Of a stretch of 64,000 bases of DNA, positions 58,497 to 64,000 are shown in pieces. Source of the stretch: Azolla caroliniana (Eukaryota; Plantae; Polypodiophyta); NCBI GenBank assembly GCA_043228905.1, contig JBHGNT010000015.1, positions 3,968,001 to 4,032,000 of the forward strand. Direction: 5' to 3'. The notes under the pieces were generated by a model. The model was not told where the DNA came from and did not search any database. It was given only the letters and a program-made list of their open reading frames with translations. The position numbers were made by a program, and so were the translations under genes. Position 1 is the stretch's first letter; every line of letters begins with the position of its first letter.

Positions 58497-61400
58497 GTCC
58501 GGCCAAAATAGGAGCCATTTGGTTGGACCATCCTAGTTATGTAGAGTCAGTACCTAGTTGTGGTTCCATTTCATCAAATCAAGTTAGTAGAGTTTTTTCT
58601 GCACAAGTCGAGCTTAGCACATCTACAGGTCATCGTGCCCTAGCCTCTGCCCTCCTAGATTCCGGAGCCAATTCTTGTTTCATGGATCGCGAGTTTGCAT
58701 TGACTCACAACATCATCTTGAAAAAACTCCCAAACCCAGTAGCTGTAGGAGTCATCGATGGTCGCCCTATAGCATCAGGAGATATAGTCGAAGAGTCTGA
58801 ACCAATTCGTGTAGTCCTAGGTAATTTGGCTAGTGTCATCTCATTTAACATCATTAGTAGTCCGGAGCACTCTCTAGTTCTTGGTCTTCCTTGGTTTGAG
58901 TTACATAACCCAACCATTGATTGGAGAAAAAGAACTATTGAAGAGGTCACCGTACAATCCAAGTCTCTTGAAGCTCCAACTAAGGATCTAGGATCCCCCA
59001 CAATTTCAACAATCTCTATACATCAATTACGAGAGGATGGAAGAAAGGAAGACATGATGGTATTTGCGGTTTTAGCAACTCCCTCATCTAGCTCACAAGA
59101 ATTGGGGGTCCAACTACCAAAGAAGTACATAGAATTCTCCGATGTGTTCGATAAGGTGAAGGCTAATAGACTACCAGAGCATCGACCATATGATTGCCCA
59201 ATTGATTTGCAGCCAGGAAAAGAGCCTCCATGGGGACCAATTTATAATCTTTCGCCCACGGAGTTAGAGGTTCTTCGAGAATATATCAATGAGAACTTGG
59301 CAAATGGTTTTATCCAACATTCAAAATCTCCTGCTGGTGCACCCATCTTTTTCGTTAAGAAGAAAGATGGTACGCTTCGTATGGTCGTGGATTATCGAGG
59401 CTTGAATAAAGTGACCGTTAGAAACCGATATGCTCTCCCATTGATCTCAAGCCTTCTAGAACGCCTCAGTGAAGCAAAGTATTTCACGAAGTTAGATCTT
59501 CGAGGTGCCTACAACCTTGTTCGAATTCGTCCTGGGGATGAATGGAAGACGGCGTTCCGCACTCGCTATGGTCATTTTGAGTACACAGTGATGCCTTTTG
59601 GCCTCACGAATGCACCAGCAGTCTTCCAACATATGGCGAATGATATTTTTCGAGACTTCCTCGATATCTTCATCATTGTTTACCTGGATGATATCTTGAT
59701 CTACTCAAAAACTCAAGAAGAACATGATATACATGTTCGCCAAGTTTTGCAACGACTACGAGAGTATGGTCTCTATGCAAAATTGGAGAAGTGTAGTTTC
59801 GACCAATGTCAAGTGGAGTTTTTGGGGTACATAGTCTCTTCAAATGGCATCTCTATGGATCCATCAAAGGTTCAAACAATTTTGGATTGGCAAACACCAC
59901 AGTCCGTGCGAGATGTGCAATGTTTTTTGGGGTTCGCAAACTTTTATCGCAAGTTCATCAAAGATTATTCAAAAATTGTGTTGCCCCTCACTCAACTGAC
60001 GCACAAGAATCGACCATTTGTATGGAGTATAGATGCGAACTCTGCATTTGAGGGTTTAAAGCAAGCATTTACATCCGCACCAATCTTAATCCATGTCGTT
60101 CCAATGAGGCGCTTTATACTTGAAGCTGATGCATCGGATTTCGCACTCGGAAGTGTACTATCCCAAATTGGTGATGATGGTGAACTGCACCCGGTGGCTT
60201 TTCACTCACGAAAATTTGAAGCCGCAGAAATCAACTATGAGATTCACGACAAAGAGCTTCTTGCCATTGTGGATTCTTTTCAACAATGGCGTCATTTTCT
60301 GGAGGGTTCTTCTCAGCAGATTATTGTCTACAATGATCATAAAAATCTAACATACTTTCAAAGTGCTCGAGTCTTGAATCGACGACAAGCTCGTTGGGCG
60401 CAGTTCTTAACTCGTTTCGATTTTGTAATTCTATATCGCCCTGGGATGCAACAAGGAAAAGCAGATGCTTTATCTAGACGTTCGTATATGGAACTTCAAC
60501 CTGGAGAGGCCGCATTTGAAAGCCCGTTCGTATATGGAACTTCAACCTGGAGAGGCCGCATTTGAAAGCCAAAAGCAAATCCTTTTAGGTTCTGATCGTC
60601 TACGAATAATGGCAATGCATACCATCAACACACCGGGAGATTCAAGGCTTCTTGATTCCATTCGTGAGCAGATTGCGACTGATGCGTTCGCCCAAGAGGT
60701 TTTGAGCCATATTATCCCAAATCGTGCATCTAGCTCCCAAACTCAAAATCCTCGTCTAGACTACACCCAGTTTAGTTGGCATGATGGGTTACTTTTTCGA
60801 CAAACTCTCTTGTATGTGCCTGACGGTCCTTCTCGACTCAAAGTCATGCAACAATGTCATGACACACCAATGGCGGGACACTTCGGCATCCACAAGACTT
60901 TTGAGTTGATTTCTCGCCGATATTGGTGGCCACGGCTTCGCCATTTTGTTACGGATTATGTTCGTAGCTGTGATACATGTTGCCGATCAAAAAAGCCTCG
61001 ACATCATCCATATGGCTTATTACAGCCAATGCCTATTCCGGAGAGCCCATGGAAATCTATTTCCTTGGACTTTATTACGGATCTTCCACCTTCCAAGGGA
61101 TTTGATTCGATTCTCACGGTTGTCGATCGTTTTACGAAGATGGCACATTTCCTTCCATGCACAAAGACCATTACTAGTCAAGAGACAGCTGATTTACTCA
61201 TGCGGGAGGTGTTTCGCCATCATGGTCTTCCGGATGATATTATCAGTGATCGGGGTCCCCAATTCATCTCGAAATTTTGGCGGCACATGTTCAAACTCTT
61301 ACATACTTCTTGTAAACTCTCTTCCGGCTACCATCCAGAGACTAATGGGTAGAGTGAGTGCACCAACCAAACAGTCGAGCAATATCTACGTTGTTTTGTC

Positions 61401-62160
61401 AACTATCAACAAGATGATTGGGTGGATTTACTACCTTTGGCAGAATTTGCTTATAACAACTCCGAGCATTCTTCTACTGGATATTCCCCATTTTTTGCAA
61501 ACATTGGGTACCATCCTCGTTGGACGATGCTTGAACATCCTGAACTCCCAAAAAACCCAGCTGCTGAAGATCGGCTCACTCGACTCCAAGAAGTTCAGGA
61601 TATGCTTTTGCATCATTTATGTGAAGCCCAAAACACTCAAAAGAAGATTGCTGACCGTCATCGGCGTGATTCATCGACTACATTTCAAGTAGGCGATCCT
61701 GTATGGCTCTTACAAGGTAGCATTAAAACGACCCGACCTTGCTACAAATTGGATTATCAACGTTTTGGCCCATATGTCATAAGTGGTAAGATCAATGATG
61801 TGACATTTCGTCTTGATCTTCCTCCTCATATGCGTCTTCACCCGGTCTTCCATGTTTCACTTTTGGAGCCCTACACAACGAGCTCTATTCCGGGTCGTGT
61901 TATACCTCCCCCACCTCCAATTGACGTTTCCAATGGCTCTGAATATGAGGTTGCCGCTATCCTCGACTCCAAGATCATTCGCAACAAACTATACTACTTG
62001 GTTGATTGGTTAGGCTATACACCTAATGATCGAACATGGGAGCCTGCCGAACATCTTGCCAATGCCTCCGACATGGTTGTTGCATTTCACAACCAATATC
62101 CTCATAAACCAAGTCTGAACTCTTTTCTTCCGACTCGTGCAACTCGTCATCGAAAAGGGG
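58484..62160 (+). pseudogene. pol: Disrupted pol of element E
   Basis: All domains are present, but a 46-bp tandem duplication (60479-60570) shifts the frame and a TAG at 61350-61352 interrupts integrase. Confidence 0.92.
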
Positions 62161-62989
62161 GGATAATGTCATGAAGACATACATCTTGGCTTATCATGAC
62201 ATTCATCTTGGCGAACCAGGAATCGAACCCATAACCTCTTGGTTTACATATTGTACTTTAACCATTGTAATAACATATGTGAGATGTAATCATAATAATT
62301 ATATGTTTAGTTATTACGAGATATTTAGAACATTCTAGATTATTCTAGAATGTTCTTGAATATTTCATGATTATATTTATTATTATTATTATTCATAAAT
62401 ATCTAAAATATTCTAGAACATTCTAGAATACTCCATAAGGGCCTATAAATAAGAGTCCATACACTCATCACAACTCATTCGGTTCAACACCAGTCTTTAG
62501 CCCTTAGCCTACTCCTTGTAATCTTCTTTCTCATAATATAATCTCATTCCCATTTCTTATCTCTCACTTATACTTTTCTCTCTCTCGCACTCTCTCCCTT
62601 TTTCACTCTCTTTTGCTATCACTATCGCTATCTCTACCGCTCTCGCCATCTCTATCGTTATCGTTATCTCTATCGCCATCGCTCTCTCTCTGCTTCCTAC
62701 TCAAGAGTCACGACAACACTTACGTTCTTACACGCTTAGGTATTCCAGACACACAGTGGATTAGCCGTAGCTATACACAGAATTTCAAAGAAGATAGAAT
62801 TCTTTTATGATACGTTTCTTTACATTCCAAAATTACACGCTCCCTCTATCAGAGGTTTTCTGCTCTTTATATACGTAGGGTCTATCTAGCCGTTCACGCT
62901 TCCTGCGTGAAGCGTTACATGTGTTATGATCTTATATTATTTCTTATTCCTACGCTCTTGTCCGTTGGTTACTATTCCGGCGGACAACA

Positions 62990-64000
62990 GTGTGATCACT
63001 TACGGTGGATTGGATTCCCCATATCTGAACCAAACGATCATTCATAAAATTGTGTGAGCTTCCCGAATCAAATAAAAATTGCACCGGAGATCCATTGACA
63101 TACCCGTTTGCACGTAGTAAATCATTGGGTCCCAATACATAGTCAGGGAAAGAACATTGACAATTACTTAAATGATGTGTATAGACCTCAAGGACATTAG
63201 GAATTTGACCTTTATGGTCTGCAACTTTTGCTTTGTTGTCGTGCTCTTTCCATTGAAGCTTTCGACATTGTTCCATGGTATGACCCTTCTTTTTGTAGAA
63301 TACGCAAAAAGGATGTTGTCACTTACAATCGTGATCCATGAATTCATTGGGTGTCTTGCGTTTCCCAACGAATTGTGACTGCTTAGTCCCGGACGCTTCG
63401 TTGGGTTTGTTATGGTTCTTCTTCGAAGTGCGTTGATAGCGAAGAACTATTTAAACAGCCTCGTCGAAAGATTTTGGATCCTTATCGTGCACTATCTAGT
63501 GATAGTCCGAATTGGGATGCCATTGACAAAACAAGCTATTAACCAATTGTCCCCTTCTAGACCTGATTTTTGGATTTGGGTTCTAGCATGGTGGACATAG
63601 TCTTCTAGCGAGGAAAACTTCCTGCTAGAGAGGTTCATTAAAGCTTGTGCTGCCTCGTTTTGAGAGGGAGGTTGCAGAAATTGGCTCTTAAAAACTGTGA
63701 CAAAATCTGTCTAGGTGTCGGGCAATTTCCCCAAAGTTCGGAGCCCACAGCACTAGGCAGCGGTCTTACCCCCTAGTTCTTGGCCGACATATGCAATCTT
63801 CGTACTATCTAGCGTGGGATAGAGCTCAAAATGAGAGTCCCATCGACCCAAACACGTGCAGATTGCTTCTTCGGTTCTTTCCTTTTTTCTCCCATAAATG
63901 GCTTTACAACAAATGATGGTTCACCCTGACACTCATTGGGTCTATTTGTCTCACGTTGTAAACTAATGACACATGCCTCGAGAGCACTTTGAGATTGCCA
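62990..64000 (-). mobile_element. Degenerate Gypsy gag/protease, probably the 5' part of element A
   Basis: Protease LLRANGYVNGSPVQFLFDSGSSHNFM in ORF 63276-62950, cut by the element D LTR; decayed gag lies upstream. Confidence 0.75.

Larger units (their letters stand above)
56735..62715 (+). mobile_element. Full-length Tcn1-like chromovirus (element E) with defective pol
   Basis: 549-bp LTRs at 56735-57283 and 62167-62715, apparently identical by eye. TSD ACACT; PPT AAAAGGGGGGATAA. Confidence 0.96.
51920..62989 (-). mobile_element. Non-chromovirus Ty3/Gypsy (Tat/Athila-like, element D), 3'-truncated; 5' LTR 56567-62989 split by element E
   Basis: LTR termini TGTTG/CAACA. PBS TGGCACGCTTGGTG (tRNA-type). 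gag with CCHC knuckles, protease VIDGGSGVN, RT FLDDF, RNase H, integrase KWGLDFVGP...[11 protein letters not shown]. Confidence 0.88.

Overview
Eukaryotic plant nuclear DNA, about 75% transposon-derived. The Tcn1-type chromoviruses and RTEX-like LINE suggest a non-seed land plant (inference). Host genes: a 3-exon PLATZ transcription factor (minus, 6012-10391), a U4 snRNA gene with USE and TATA (19689-19848), and a decayed U4 copy. Repeats: a 1.5 kb array of the palindrome TAGCTAATTAGCTA filling an intron of a RING-like gene remnant, and a ~9 kb tandem array of ~750 bp units each carrying a tRNA-Lys(CTT)-derived gene plus a degenerate paralogue (30928-39997). Transposons: Copia and LINE relics, and a nested Ty3/Gypsy stack (40-64 kb) containing one fully intact chromovirus (43437-49105). 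The main observation is that four divergent Tcn1-like chromovirus families share one LTR layout: an antisense tRNA-like Pol III A/B-box module at the U3 edge, a heat-shock-element array, a TATA box, and a self-priming sequence that covaries with a non-tRNA PBS. They also share a -1 frameshift signal at the gag-pol junction. All calls were made by eye; no searches or folding programs were run.
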